Shown: positions 23,996-37,436, numbered from the whole stretch's first letter. The stretch: 63,294 bases of DNA, filler included, from Basidiobolus ranarum (GCA_040143965.1; 21 parts of 21 records of this genome joined end to end with filler, not necessarily neighbours in it), one strand, 5' to 3'. The notes: generated from the sequence alone by a model not told the origin. Made by a program: numbers and translations.

Positions 23996-24109
23996 TAGGG
24001 GGGGATGAAAAGCACCAGATGGTGTAGACTTTATTTAGCTTATATACTAATCTAAACAAAGTGACAATCAAGACATCAATCTTTTAAGATATTGTGTCAA
24101 TACTGAATC
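23996..24109. repeat. Dispersed repeat end, possible hAT terminus
   Basis: Starts TAGGGGGGGATGAAAAGCACC; reverse complement of 13050-13162 and 56920-57030. Confidence 0.65.
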
Positions 24110-25464
24110 NNNNNNNNNNNNNNNNNNNNNNNNNNNNNNNNNNNNNNNNNNNNTTAATTAATTAANNNNNNNNNNNNNNNNNNNNNNNNNNNNNNNNNNN
24201 NNNNNNNNNTTCCCCCGATCAACCCTATAAAAATAGCACCATCGAAATAAAATTAATCAGTCAATTTATCAGTGAATCAAGTCCCGAAATTGCACTCACC
24301 TCAGGAACCAGCCACAATACAAGTGTCAGGAATCTGATTTCTCAAAATCAGAATTCCTAAGGTGAAATCGGAAATCCGATTTCCAGGTTTATACAGTACT
24401 AAAGTGCCACGTAAACTTGATCCACCGAACCGTTTTCTGCCATCTTTTCACACAATATGTATTGACCATCAGGGCAACCTGCAGTTCATATGCAAACTTT
24501 AACCTTCAATGAGTTTCAAATTCAGATTTGACAAAACCAATATTAATAAGCTCATATTTCCATTATTGAGTAGTGAAACATCACAGATTTTTAGGTAGAT
24601 ATTTTCCTACTTCAACTCTATCACAGATATAAGTTTCGAAATGAATAGATATTGGAGTCAGAATTTACATCCGAAACAGGTCACCACTCCTCAATAGATA
24701 TTATCAAGATAGATATTTAGCTTTAAGCAGTAGATAAAGTTGCCACCCGGAAGATTTTTATAAACAGGCTCAATTTCAATTCAATATAACAACGTATAGC
24801 TCTGTTATACAGATAACTTGTCAAAGAGTAAGCTTGATTTGTTTGTAAATATCAGCAGAAGTGAATCAATGAGTTTCGGTAACCTCTCTTTCAAGCAAGC
24901 AGCATATGTTTTAGCACAATATTACTCTGAATTGAGGTTCATTCCACTTAGATTCAGCAGGATGGTGCTGGATAAACAATATATGAGGTATCTTCAATTA
25001 GAAAAAGTTGTGCAAACTAGAAGTGGTAAAATTGTAGGCAAAACTATCATTGCTCTTGATATGCTTTCGATACTAATGTAGTTACAACTCAAATTGTATT
25101 TACTCGCTATGATGAGTATTAAAAAAATATCACCTCGATAGATCTTTTATATTTAAATAATCACTCCAACCTCACGATGAAAACATCGCTGAATCTGTAT
25201 TTAGAGATTACATAGAAGATAAACTTACTTTACTAAAGTTAGTGCTAAGTAGTTCTATTAGTAAACGATGGTATCATTTTACATTACTAAGAGTATAGTG
25301 AGCATTATTATGTTTATGAAGCTGAAATATCTACGTATGGATAACGCTCCCATACGAATTACAATGCCTGAAGAAACTATACTGCTTGTATTTTCTTTCA
25401 TTCCAAAATTTGAAATATCTTTGATGCAATTGGGCCAGTCACGTGAAACTGCTTTCCTATGCCA

Positions 25465-25981
25465 ATATAATAATCTTGTCTCAATATATCTCGGAATCCC
25501 TCTTGTTGCAGGCATTATCACGCGATTTAATCTTCGGTCTCTCAAAGGAGACAAATGGTATAACAGCATTTTTATACCTCGATCCAGTCTTATTGCATTG
25601 CTAGGATTTTTGTACACTATTGTTATCATGTTTGCGAATCAAGGGCATCACATTATTGCTAACGTTGGGTCTGTATGTCGTGTTGCTGTTCCTATGTTTT
25701 CATGTCTCATTTTAATATTCTTCGTCACATTTTTTGTGGTGCGTGCCTGCCAATTTCCATACAATCTCGTGGTTACTCAGTCTCTCACAACTGGCAACAA
25801 TAACTTCGAATTAGCCATTGCTGTCGCAGTAGAAGTGTACGGTATAAACTCTGATCAAGCACTTGCGGCCACTATTGGTCAGTTGATCGAAATCCCAATT
25901 TTATTAGTACTTGTATATGTGGCTTTATATTTTGAAAAGAATATCTTGTGGAGGAATCCGAATCATGAGAATGCTTCGTAA
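25465..25981 (+). pseudogene. ACR3: ACR3 arsenite efflux transporter, C-terminal half only
   Basis: IYLGIPLVAG, LLGFLYTIVIMFANQG, NNNFELAIAVAV, ALAATIGQLIEIP (canonical GPLIEVP); no recognisable N-terminal half in ~1.2 kb upstream. Confidence 0.75.
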
Positions 25982-26734
25982 TATTTCTCCAAAGAATATG
26001 GCATCATCTATAACCTACCACTTCGGCATGAATAGAATTAACCGCTTCTATTTCATGAGCAGGTTATAGTATATAAATCAATTAAAATAACCATTTCTTC
26101 ATATCGATTATTGATCGTTGTTGATTGATGGACTGAATATTCCGTTAATGATTAATCATTATGCATTGATTAATATTTTGAGTGGATCGGGATGAAATAG
26201 ATTTGCACATACATCAACGTGTAGTAGAGATTGATGAAAATAGATATTTTTAATACGCATGATACTGCTTTAGAGTCTCATGATTAATTGGCCATTCAAA
26301 CTGACGCTAATCATGAGAGTGAGTGTCTCATGAATCCCCCAAATGTTAATCAACTCCCATTGAACGAGGTAAGTCGGCTTGGCTCAAAATCAAATCCAGT
26401 AACCAATCGCCATTGTAATTCCTTTATACCGTATATTAGTAATATTACCATATACAAATGTGTCTGAGAAAGTCACCGCTTTCTAGTATCGTTTCTTGGT
26501 AAAACAAGGCCTATTGCCTTCGCTCGTAAATCCGGGATTTAATTAGCATGGTAGCATTAATCAGCAGCTTGGAAAACATTCAATTATATGACTAGTGTAT
26601 TCATATATATTACCCCGCACATATATTTCATCCATGAGGGTGACGTATGTTCTAGCTCTAACTACTATAAAGCCAAACCCCAGCTAATTACCAGGTATCA
26701 CGATTGTGTTACATTTTACTCTCTTCCTATCACC

Positions 26735-27130
26735 ATGGACTACAATCCACAGCCAACAATGACCACGTCTAACGGTGACCCCGTAGATGACAACCAGAAC
26801 AGCATGACCGCGGGCCAGAAGGGGCCTATAGTGATCCAAGATTTCCATTACGTCGAAAAGCTGGCTCACTTTAATCGTGAACGTATCCCAGAGCGGGTTG
26901 TTCACGCCAAAGGAGCTGGAGCCCATGGCTACTTCGAAGTAACTAAGGACATTTCTCATCTCACCAAAGCCAAGTTTCTCTCCAAAGTAGGCAAGCGCAC
27001 GCCGGTTTTTACGCGCTTTTCCACTGTCGGAGGGGAAAGTGGGTCTGCAGATGTCGCTCGTGACCCACGAGGATTCTCTGTTAAATTCTATACTGAAGAA
27101 GGAAATTGGGACATGGTTGGCATCAACACG
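26735..27130 (+). CDS. Heme catalase, N-terminus (cut by contig end)
   Basis: Start in CACCATGG context; [59 protein letters not shown]. Confidence 0.95.
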
Positions 27131-27479
27131 NNNNNNNNNNNNNNNNNNNNNNNNNNNNNNNNNNNNNNNNNNNNTTAATTAATTAANNNNNNNNNNNNNN
27201 NNNNNNNNNNNNNNNNNNNNNNNNNNNNNNAACACAATTTGTCTTAATGTTAAAGACAAATTGCTAATTCAATGTTCAAGAGCTAAAACTGCCAAGAAGG
27301 TACGGAAAGCCTTGGAAGACACCTACCAAACAAGTTCTGCTCCCAAATACTTTAACAGTATTTTGCTGTAGCTCCAGTACAGCATTCTGAAGATCTTTTA
27401 TCATTGTTGAGTGACTCTGTAACAGTTGACTATTTGCTTCAGAATGCTGCAGGATTATTGCTTGTAAAGGCCTGTTAAG

Positions 27480-27966
27480 CAACTTTGTAGGTTTTACTTA
27501 TGAATTTGATACAGAGTGGCACAATATTGCAGGGTATCCACCAGATAGCTGAAAGAATGTTGATTCACCAGCATCAATACAATAGTGGCCTTTGATGGAG
27601 ATATTGATAAAAACTCTTGTTGGATATGAGCCAGACTTAGGGTTTAAAGAACTTTGTAAAAATATTCAGGAGAATATATCAAAGAAACTAGGGACTTCAA
27701 AGGTTACAAGTTGGCATTGAAGTGGTGAATGTGTACAATTTGAGTTACATTTTTTGTACATGTGTTTATCCATAGTTCTCTGAGATTGTAGCCAATCATG
27801 TGCAACTATTTTGCAAGAGCTTGAAATTTTAATTTTGAAACAGAAAAAATTGAGTAAAATCACATCTAACTTGAAAATTTTATGATAGTAAGTATATGGT
27901 CAATCCAAAATGGATTGGACTTGTGACAGTTTTGCTACAATAATAATCCTCAAATTTCTGTTAGGG
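27480..27966 (+). mobile_element. CCCTA/CMC accessory gene 3' end and terminus, nested in another copy
   Basis: Ends CTCAAATTTCTGTTAGGG; flanking DNA resumes inside the accessory gene (PIEPSSLENLDRTITT). Confidence 0.8.
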
Positions 27967-29647
27967 CCTATTGAACCATCCTCCTTAGAAAATCTGGATA
28001 GAACTATTACAACATGGGAATTGCAGGCAGAACACTGTAATGATTTTTATGCAAGCATAAGAAAAAACTATGAAACTGCCATAGAGGCCATGAAAAGCAA
28101 TAAAACCGCTACATTGCAATTAATGCAGCATTCTGAAGCAACTAGTCAACAGTTTTGCAGTCACTCCATACTGATCTAAGGTCTTCACAATGCTGTACTT
28201 GAGCTATAGCACCATCCTGCTCCCTCCATCCATTCTCAAACAGCATTTCAATCAAGGTCACATCATACATATGAGCATCACCACAACAAATCACCAGAGC
28301 AAAATATGTGTGGAACCATCAAGCCTACACTATGACCCAAAATTGCTTGGGCACATAAAAGTAGAAATCTCCTGGGAAAACAAGCAAACTAAAAGACTCC
28401 AAATATCAGAGCTGCCATGACTTGCTCTGATGATGAGTGGTTTAACATTTTGGAAACTATGTGGAAGCTTGCCCAAAATCACATTTGTTTGAGCCAATCA
28501 TGGAAAAACCAAAAACTAGGTGTTACTCTGTAGGTTCTTGGCTTACTTCATATGGCCTACTCTGGGTTTTTGCAAGCAAATGGCAATTGGGCTAGGATAG
28601 GCTTATTCTTGAAACATCTCATAAGTGTATGCAATTATTCACTTGGAAAAGAAAGATAAGCAGCTAATGAAGTACTCAAGGAGCAGGAAGCTAGTAAACC
28701 CAAGGGAAAAGCAAAGGAGCCAGTGAGTTTAGGCTCTACTGTCCCACTTACAAAATTCTTCCAAGCATTACAAAGATGTGTATTTCCAGAGTCAGATATA
28801 CAGGCAAAAATACTTAATTTCACCATGGAACCAGGTATACCATTTGGAAGAGTGCTAAATTTGGAAGTTTATCCAACACCTGGCACCTCTCAACAAGCCA
28901 AAAAACCAGCAAGTAAAACTCATGGTTCTTTAATCTCAACTGGTACTTTTCAAAGTGTTGAAATTAGCCCCAAACTCAAAGGCAAGCAAAAAGCCACACA
29001 AACTCTGCAAAGCACACTCAGTAGTGTCACACTAAAAGGACATGTAAAATAGTAAAAGTGCTTGAGGAGTATCTTCAAAAGTATCAAGGGAAACTTGCAG
29101 TGCAAGTATGCAGAAAGTGGCTTCAGAAGAAGGACAATCAACTAGAGATTCAGTCTGGTGTTTACCATGCATATATCTGCTAAGAACATAATGCTGAGTG
29201 CCACAATATGGCAGGGTATCTGCCAAATAGCTGGAAGAATGTTAATTCAGCAACATTAATACAATGGTGGGCTCTGCTGGAGATATTGATATAAGCTAAT
29301 GTTGGATATGAGTTAAACCTTGGGTTTGAAAAACTCTATAAAAATACTCAGGAAAATATATCAAAGAAACTAGGGATTGTGAATGTGACAAATTAGCCTT
29401 CAAGTAGAGAATGTGTAAAATTTGAGTTACATTTTTGCTCATGTGCTAATCCAAAGTTCTCTAAGACTATAGCCAATCACATGCAACTAATTTGCAAGAT
29501 TTCAGAGTTTCAATCCTAAAACTGAACAAATTGATTACAATTAAATCTAAGCAGATTGTTTTATAATTGTAAGTAAATGGTCAATCCAAAATCAATTAAA
29601 ATTGTGGCGGTTTTCCTACAACCACAATTCTCAAATTTCTATTAGAG
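27967..29647 (+). mobile_element. CCCTA/CMC accessory gene (most of it) and terminus
   Basis: ORFs 27910-28179, 28190-28420, 28723-29052 match other copies; ends CTCAAATTTCTATTAGAG. Confidence 0.8.
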
Positions 29648-29759
29648 AAAATGAAGTACAGGGCTTAACAACTGGGAGGGCAGAAGTCATAGAGAGATAT
29701 CAAGACAAATTTCCTGGATAGGAAACAGAGTGCCTACCTAAAGGAGAAGCAGACTGGGC

Positions 29760-30150
29760 CATTGATGCAACAGATTGGGCACTTTTCTGCAAAGCACTCA
29801 TCATACATTAATGGGCTTTTGCATTATTAGAGCACAATAACAGCAACAAAATCCAATCCATAGACCTATGATAAGTGTGTCTATAACTTTAGCTAATTTG
29901 TTAGTGAGATAATCCAACTGTATCTCTAGGAAAGATGCAAGACAGACTTCTTGGTGAGAGAGATTGAGATTTGCAATATTATTGTTTTAGTCATGGGGTA
30001 ATATATTCAAGCAATGACACATCTACTTGTGGCAGGACATTTGTTGACTGCAAGTCAGGTATATTTTTGCTGAATTCTTTATGGAAATATGCCAAAATCC
30101 AAGAGCTTAATCTCATAATGAGTGGTAACAAGAGTCAGCTATTTGCCAAG
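29760..30150 (+). mobile_element. CCCTA/CMC transposase 3' fragment
   Basis: Aligns with ~9690-10050. Confidence 0.75.
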
Positions 30151-30250
30151 NNNNNNNNNNNNNNNNNNNNNNNNNNNNNNNNNNNNNNNNNNNNTTAATT
30201 AATTAANNNNNNNNNNNNNNNNNNNNNNNNNNNNNNNNNNNNNNNNNNNN

Positions 30251-30827
30251 AACATATTTGATGGATATCACTACCAGTCTCTGAAAAGTGAAGGTTTCTT
30301 TGAGAACACATGTGATTATGCATTTGCATTGGCCTTGGATGGTTTCCCACTAAACAAATATATAGTTGGAATGGCTTGCTGGCCAATAATTTTAATTAAC
30401 TTAAATCTTCCTCTTTCTGAATGGTATAAGAGTCATAATATTTTGTAACTATCTATCATATCTGGACCTAAATCAGCCATGCTTATAGATTTACTTTTTG
30501 CAGCCTTTGATTGTAGAATTTGAATGGTTATCTAATGTGGTCAGATGGGTGAATATTTTATCAAGGCTAATATCATTGTATGTATTGGTGACACTCCTGC
30601 CATCAGTAAACTGGAGGTTTTTGCAGGCACAATGCACTATCTTGCTGTTGATTTTGCCCAATCAAAGGAGTCTACTCTATCAGGCATATGCATCACTGCT
30701 ATCCAAATAAAAAACTACACTCCATGACTTTACAATCAAGAGCCCAGTCAGATTTCAACATGATCACTGATATCAATTCACCAAATAGTCAGTCTAACAC
30801 CAAACTTGGTATTAGCCATATACCTAA
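30251..30827 (+). mobile_element. CCCTA/CMC transposase core fragment
   Basis: AFALALDGFPLNKY, CWPIILINLNLP, FIKANIIVCIGDTPAISKL. Confidence 0.85.
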
Positions 30828-32829
30828 GTAGATGGAGCGCTTGATACTAATCTTGTAATGAGCTGGCACAATTCGGATCAATCTGGCTTGCATGAGATAT
30901 TTATTTAAAAATATCAATTATCATGATAAAATATTCCTACATTGGGTATAATAAAATTTCTGTTTCATTTATTCTCCTGATTATTTCAATTATGTGTAAT
31001 TACATGGAAATTATATAATCCACTGCATCAGCAAAGTTAATCATAGTGCAATCTGAATCAATTGATTTTGTGTACATATTCAAACATCTTGAAGCAGAAT
31101 GCACTATGCATGCCACTATAGGAAATTAACTTTGACATTTTAACCAATAATATAAAACAATCCCTAATTCTGATTGAAACCACTAATCTCTAACATCATA
31201 GATATATGGTAGTATGTATCATGTCAAAACAGATTTTCCTGATTTACAACCTACTTTGGTACAGGAAGCCAGTACTTCCAAAATTTGTGTTCAGAGTCAA
31301 ATGAAGGTATAGGTGGCACAAAGTAGTATATGCCTAATGATCTTACAGATGACCAGGTATCCACTATGAAACTATTGAGTTTGCTTTGGAGAGAATAATA
31401 TATCTTCATGCCATCAGAGATTTGCAAAGACACAATTCCAATTGCATTTTTGCTTATATGGACCAGAATCAAGCATTGCAGCCTCAACTTTAGAGACAAA
31501 AGATGTTCTGAATAGATGTCTACCGCTACTCATTGAGACTTTGTAGTAACTTTTCATGGAGGTTGCTGAGTTCAAAACAACACTTCAGGCACTATGGCAA
31601 GAATAATTAACATAGGTGTAGAGAGAAATGCAAGACAATTTGTTGAATCAGAAGATATTCCCAAAGGCAAATTGGAGCAGTCCAAACCATTGAACAGATG
31701 TTGTAGTGAGGCAGTATTGCTACCCACTGGCAGGTTAACTTATTTCCACTCCAACCTCATAACATTACTATTGCACAATTTCTGTTATAGTATCCATATT
31801 TGACTTACCCTTAATATGTAGCAAATCATTTTACACCATTAGTATTATCCCAATTATTTGAGATTTTTCTGTATTAACCCACATTAGTCCTATTGTTTTG
31901 CGGAAAATTCTACAATCTTCCAGAACATTCCACAAGATTCTGGGAATATTTGATGATTGGTTGAATTTTGCCCAATCAAAACTTGATTTTGCTAGAATAT
32001 TCCATGACTTTCTGAATGATTATACAACCTGCTGGAACCTTCCATGGATTACTAATCATATGATTTATGGTGATATCATAACCTCAGATCCCCACTAATA
32101 GAAATTTCTGAAACTTTCTGGAAATTCTCATTAGTAATCACATCTACCATCAGAAAAGTACAAATAGCAGCCATATCTTTTCAAATAAAAATGATCCTGG
32201 TTTTCAACTAACAATTACTACTTGTGATTTCCCCTTATTTTCATCAATGCTTACAAGACCCTTAAATAGGAAGCTCAAGAGAGACTACTAGAAACAGTTA
32301 CAGGCAACTTTGTGCATAGAAAGGACTTGACTGGCTCAAAGGAAGTACTGACAGGAAGGTGTTATTTTTCTGATACTTGATATTCTTTCCCTAGCTTTGT
32401 CTGCATAGGCCAGGAACTTTTCATATGCTTGGATAAATCACTACTAGTGCATCCTTGTTCAAGACCATGCTGGCTGGGTTTACAGTTGTTTTTGATTGGA
32501 TATACCCTTTTTATCTGATCATTCTCAATGGATGTTGAAGCTAGTATATTCTTTTGTCAGGCACCAGCATATTTTTCAACAGAAAGCTGGACATTTCATT
32601 TGTGTTTATCAGTCCTTACACACTTCTAAAGGCTTGATCCCTTTTCACAAAGACCCAAGAGGCAAGAGACAGACCCATATTACAGTACATCCCAGAGTTA
32701 TTCTACCGTGGTTATTGCACCCTTTGGACACCTCACAAAACCCTTACAATATTGCAGTTATAATTGCTGCTTACACCCTAAAACAACTATGCCATACTAG
32801 CAGCAGCAGCAAACCACAGCTTAAAAATC

Positions 32830-33169
32830 CATCAAATGGATGATAAAACTGCTTTTTTGAATGGGGACTTGGAAGAGGATATATTCATGGATCTACCAGA
32901 TGGTTTTGTGGATCCTGAGCATCCTGAGGATGCGTATAAGCTACAACAAGCACTTTATGGACTTAAACAATCAACCGGAGCCTGGTACACTAAGATAGGC
33001 TCATAATTGGAAATACTTGGTTTCCAAAAGAGTACGGTGGATTTTGGATTTACTTTGAGACAGATAAGGACAATAAGGTAGTACTTGCTTTATATGCAGA
33101 TGATCTGATTATAGCTACCAATAATGATGAAGCTATCAGGAACACCAAAAGATATCTATCAGTTCAATT
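32830..33169 (+). mobile_element. Ty1/copia reverse transcriptase fragment
   Basis: QMDDKTAFLNGDLEEDIFM...LQQALYGLKQ...LYADDLII. Confidence 0.9.
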
Positions 33170-33269
33170 NNNNNNNNNNNNNNNNNNNNNNNNNNNNNNN
33201 NNNNNNNNNNNNNTTAATTAATTAANNNNNNNNNNNNNNNNNNNNNNNNNNNNNNNNNNNNNNNNNNNN

Positions 33270-35480
33270 TCTTGATGGTAAAATCATCGAGTTTAGTGTT
33301 GTATTTGGATAGTAGTAATGCATATGCCTGATAGTGTAAGCTCCAGTGATTTGACAAGATCTAGAGCAAGATAGTGCATTGTGCCCCCTAAAACCTCCAA
33401 GTTTACTAATGGCAGGAGTTTCCCCAATAGATACAATGATATTAGCTTTAATAAGAAATTTGCCCATCTGAGCCCCATTAGATAACAATTCAAATTCCAT
33501 ATTCAAAGGCTCCAAGAAGCTATGTATAAGCACTGGTTATATGACTCCAACTATGAAGGATAGTATCAAATTATCATGACTCTTACACTGTTCAGAAGGA
33601 GGAAGATTTAAGTCAATTAAAATTATTGGCCAGCAAGCCATTCCAATGGTATATATACTTAGTGCCAAACCATATAGAGCCAATGCAAATGCATGATCAT
33701 ATGTGTTCTCAAAGTAACCTTGACTTTTCAGATTCTGGTAGTGATATCCATCAAGTATATTAGTTATACCATCAGCTTTATGGTGAGTACTTTGGTAATT
33801 GATCAGTGATCTATATTTGGGTGATTTTATCAAAACTTTAAGATGGGGAATCAATGGTATGTAAGACAAATTTGAGTAATAGTTGCCTGATTTGGTCATT
33901 GCCAGTTGTGTGCAAACAGTGCATGATTTCAGGTTTTTCCAATGACCAGTGAAAGCCAAGCAACCATTTGGACACAGAGGTAGTTTAATTACTAAGGGAT
34001 TAAAAGTTATACAATTGACCAGTATTTTACACTTGTACCAGGTCCATGGCAAGCAACAGTTGCCAATCAACTTTGTTAAAAGTCTAAGAAAACAAACAAG
34101 TACCTTGTTGCTAACATTGGATAGAACTCTCCACCCTTCAATAATTGAACTGCTTCCTTTATTATAAATACTATGAGTGGACTAATGCAGCTAATAACAA
34201 AGATTCCATAACAAGCCCACTGTCCTCTTCTTCATCTGACACACTACCATCAGTACTGGAATAGCTGAGATCAACATCAAGCAGCATGTCCTCAAAGCAA
34301 ACTGGACTAACTGGTTTGACCAAAGTTGCATTTCTACCTAGATCATTCTGGTCATATAACTGTGGTAACCCCATTGTATCTTGACTTTTGGCAGTGTAAG
34401 TAAAAGCTACAAAGTTGCAATACAGGCCTCAACTAGCAAGAATGCTGCAATAGCCAATTAATGTTGCTTCTGAAGCAACTAGCCAGCAATTAGAGAGTAA
34501 CTTAAGATTGATACCAGAGCTCAAGATTGCTGTACTTGCACTACAGCAATATGCTGCTCCCTCTGTCTATTCTGATACATGATTGCAATCAATCCTGCCC
34601 CATATATGTGAACAACACCATGACAATTAAGCAGAGAAGTATATATGTTGTACCATTAAGCCTATGTAATGAACCAAAATTGCTTGGGCACATAAAAGTA
34701 GATATCACATAGGAAAACCAGCAAACCAAAAGATTCCAATTGTCCAAGCTGCTGTCACTTGCTCTCATGATGAGTGGTTTCCCATTTTGCAAAATGTGCA
34801 AATCTAGCTCAAAATCACCATGATTTGAGCCAATTGAGAAAAACCAAAAACCATGCATTATTCTGAAGGTTCTTGACATATTTCATATGGCTTGTTGTTG
34901 GTCTTTGTAAACAAACAGCAATTGGGCTAGTATAGGCCTGTTCATGAAACATCTCAAGAATATATGCAATTATCGACTTGAAAAAGAAAGAAAAGCAGCT
35001 AAAGAAGTACTCAAGGAGCAGAAAGTTAGTAAACCCAAGGGAAAAGCAAAGGAGCCAGTAACTTCATTCTCTACTATCCCACTTGGAGAATTCTTCACAC
35101 CATTACAAAGATCTGTATTTCCAGAGTCAGATATCCTGGTAAAAAAGCTTAATATCACCATGAACCAGGTATACCAGCTGGAGGAGTGCTAAGTTTCGAA
35201 GTTTATCCAACACCTGGATCCTCTCAACAAGCCAAAACACTAGAAAATAAAACTCATGGCCCTCCAATCTCAACTAGTACTTTTCAAAATTTTGAAATTG
35301 GCCCCAAACTTAAAGGCAAGCAAAAAGTATGCAAAAACTGCTAAGCACCATTAATAGTGTTACATGACAAGGATGTACCAATATAGTAAAAGTGCTTGTG
35401 GAATATTTTCAAAAGTATGAAGTGAAAAACAGTGCAAGTATGTACAAAGTGGCTTCACACAAAGAACATTGAACCTCACA
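33270..35480. mobile_element. CCCTA/CMC internal region: transposase 5' half (minus) head-to-head with accessory gene (plus)
   Basis: Minus ORFs 33270-34374 (CPNGCLAFTG...CTVC, IGETPAISKLGGFRGHNALSC); plus-strand accessory sequence ~34405-35480. Confidence 0.85.
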
Positions 35481-35559
35481 TCACTGGATAAGGTCAGGTG
35501 ACTAGTTAGTAATGATGATAAGATAAACAGATATTCATGCAAGTTGTATAGATATGGTG

Positions 35560-36187
35560 TAAGTTAAACAACTCTTTATGTTGGTGCACAACATCATTAC
35601 CTCCCTGGATAAGGACTGAGTAGAACATCTTGATAGTTCTGTGGTTGGTTGAACATTCTTCGAAATATAAGTGAGAATGAAGTGGATCCATGGAGTGCAG
35701 CAATCTTAGTGTTGATAGCATATCTGACCATTGGAATTGACTTGTTGCAATTCTTCTTGACTCTTTTGATGGATTTATGGATTATGTTCATAAAGGTTTG
35801 GGCATGTCTTTCTGCAAGTCCATTACCTTAAGGATGATAGGGAGTGATCAGTCTGTGATCAATGGCAGAGTTACGGCAGAGTTCTTTGATGACTTGGTTA
35901 ACAAACTCAGTTCCATTATCAGATTGAATGATTTTGGGAAATCCAAAGAGGCAGAATAGCTTGAATAAGGCTTGGGCAATGGTAGTAGCAAATTTGTCTG
36001 GTAGAGCTTTGAGAAAAACAAAATGTGTACAAACATCTACTATCACAAAGAGGTAGTGATTTCCATCATCACTGGTTGTGAATGGTCCAGCTAGATCAAT
36101 AGCAATATGATCCATAGGGAGTTCAGCATGTATTGCAGTCAAAGGGTGAAATCCATGGCGTGTGATATTGTAAAGTTGACATTCTCT
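35560..36187 (-). mobile_element. Ty3/gypsy integrase core (second lineage)
   Basis: PMDHIAIDLAGPF...VIVDVCTHF...FGFPKIIQSDNGTEFVN...TPYHP*GNGLAER. Confidence 0.9.
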
Positions 36188-36287
36188 NNNNNNNNNNNNN
36201 NNNNNNNNNNNNNNNNNNNNNNNNNNNNNNNTTAATTAATTAANNNNNNNNNNNNNNNNNNNNNNNNNNNNNNNNNNNNNNNNNNNN

Positions 36288-37436
36288 TAGACGATTGAGT
36301 TAGCAGCGAAAATTCCTTTCCGACTAACGCGATTTGCCCTGTTCGTCTCCACAACACAGTGGGCGTTCCGGAAAAGCTAATCAACTTTTTAAATTCCTAT
36401 AGTAATAATGGATCAATATCGAAAACTTGACGAACCAGCAATCAATCTATAGTTTACCAAGGTAATCCTTTGGAAACTTTTTTCCATGAATATCAAATCC
36501 TCCTCCGTTAGATTTTTAATCAATATAATAAATGACGGTCTGAATAAAGCCATGGCTTTACATATTTTCATTATAGCATCTTTGTCCATTCTTGTGATAA
36601 AACAGAAATTAATAAAGTGACAAGTCAAATCCATATGGAATCGTTCTTACCGTTCTCTAATATATCGCAGAAGATAATGAAACCCTTCCGTATAGTTGAA
36701 CGGAACAGTGGGGTTGTGATAAATTGCACTGATGGCGGGAATTGTATTGATCATAGTTGGGCTCCTTTGCATCATATTACTAATAGCCACAAGATCGTGG
36801 CTAGGGGCCTCATTAATAGCTGCCCAAGTGGCAGCATCAGCTACTCCTGTAGGATTGGGGTTAGCGAGCATTGTGCTAAGCATTGAGTATTCTAGGTTTA
36901 AAGCTTCCGAATCAAAACCATAATTGGGCTTCATTTGATAACTGTTGTACATTTCATTAGGAGCGATCAAAGTTTTACTCAAATCTGTGCATTAACAATG
37001 GCTCAGTATAGTGAAATATTCGCTGAACAGAGGAGTGTCACATACCAAGTTCAGGAGTTTCCTTTTGCGCCTCTTCAAGGTACTTTGCTCTTTTTCGAAC
37101 TCCGTCTTTACAAGAACTGGCTAAATTGCGTTTGACACATCGCTGACAAGGACGCGCTACAAAAAGGGTCAACTTTGAGTTGGATATAGGTGGAAAAAAC
37201 TCAATGTGCTCATTATTCTTACAATCATCACATGTTAGATGAGCTTTTTGACAATGAAAACACGCTCGAGAAGCCTTCTTTTTCTTTTTTGGTGAGTGTT
37301 GTGAAGAACTTTGAGAAGATTGGTTATTTAGGGAAGATCTTTGGACGGGTTGAGTGTTTGAATCATGATCGGAAATTGCGTTGGAGCTGAACACGCTGTT
37401 TGACACAGGTAAAGACGATGTTACGACCTGGGCCAT
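36288..37436 (-). CDS. ERT1: Zn(II)2Cys6 transcription factor, ERT1/AcuK family; multi-exon, 3' end cut
   Basis: [16 protein letters not shown] [66-nt GT-AG intron 37157-37222] [26 protein letters not shown]; later [45 protein letters not shown]. Confidence 0.85.

Noticed and set aside
25268-25464. N-terminal part of the 237-aa ACR3 ORF
   Set aside because: No ACR3-like sequence before ~25465; probably chance open frame
26588-26734. 49-aa N-terminal extension of catalase
   Set aside because: Contains a TATAAA box and no catalase similarity; ATG 26735 has a much better context
30830-32800. CpG-poor stretch with LTR-like TTCCAGAA/TTCCATG motifs and short ORFs
   Set aside because: Probably decayed repeat, but I could not define boundaries or a family
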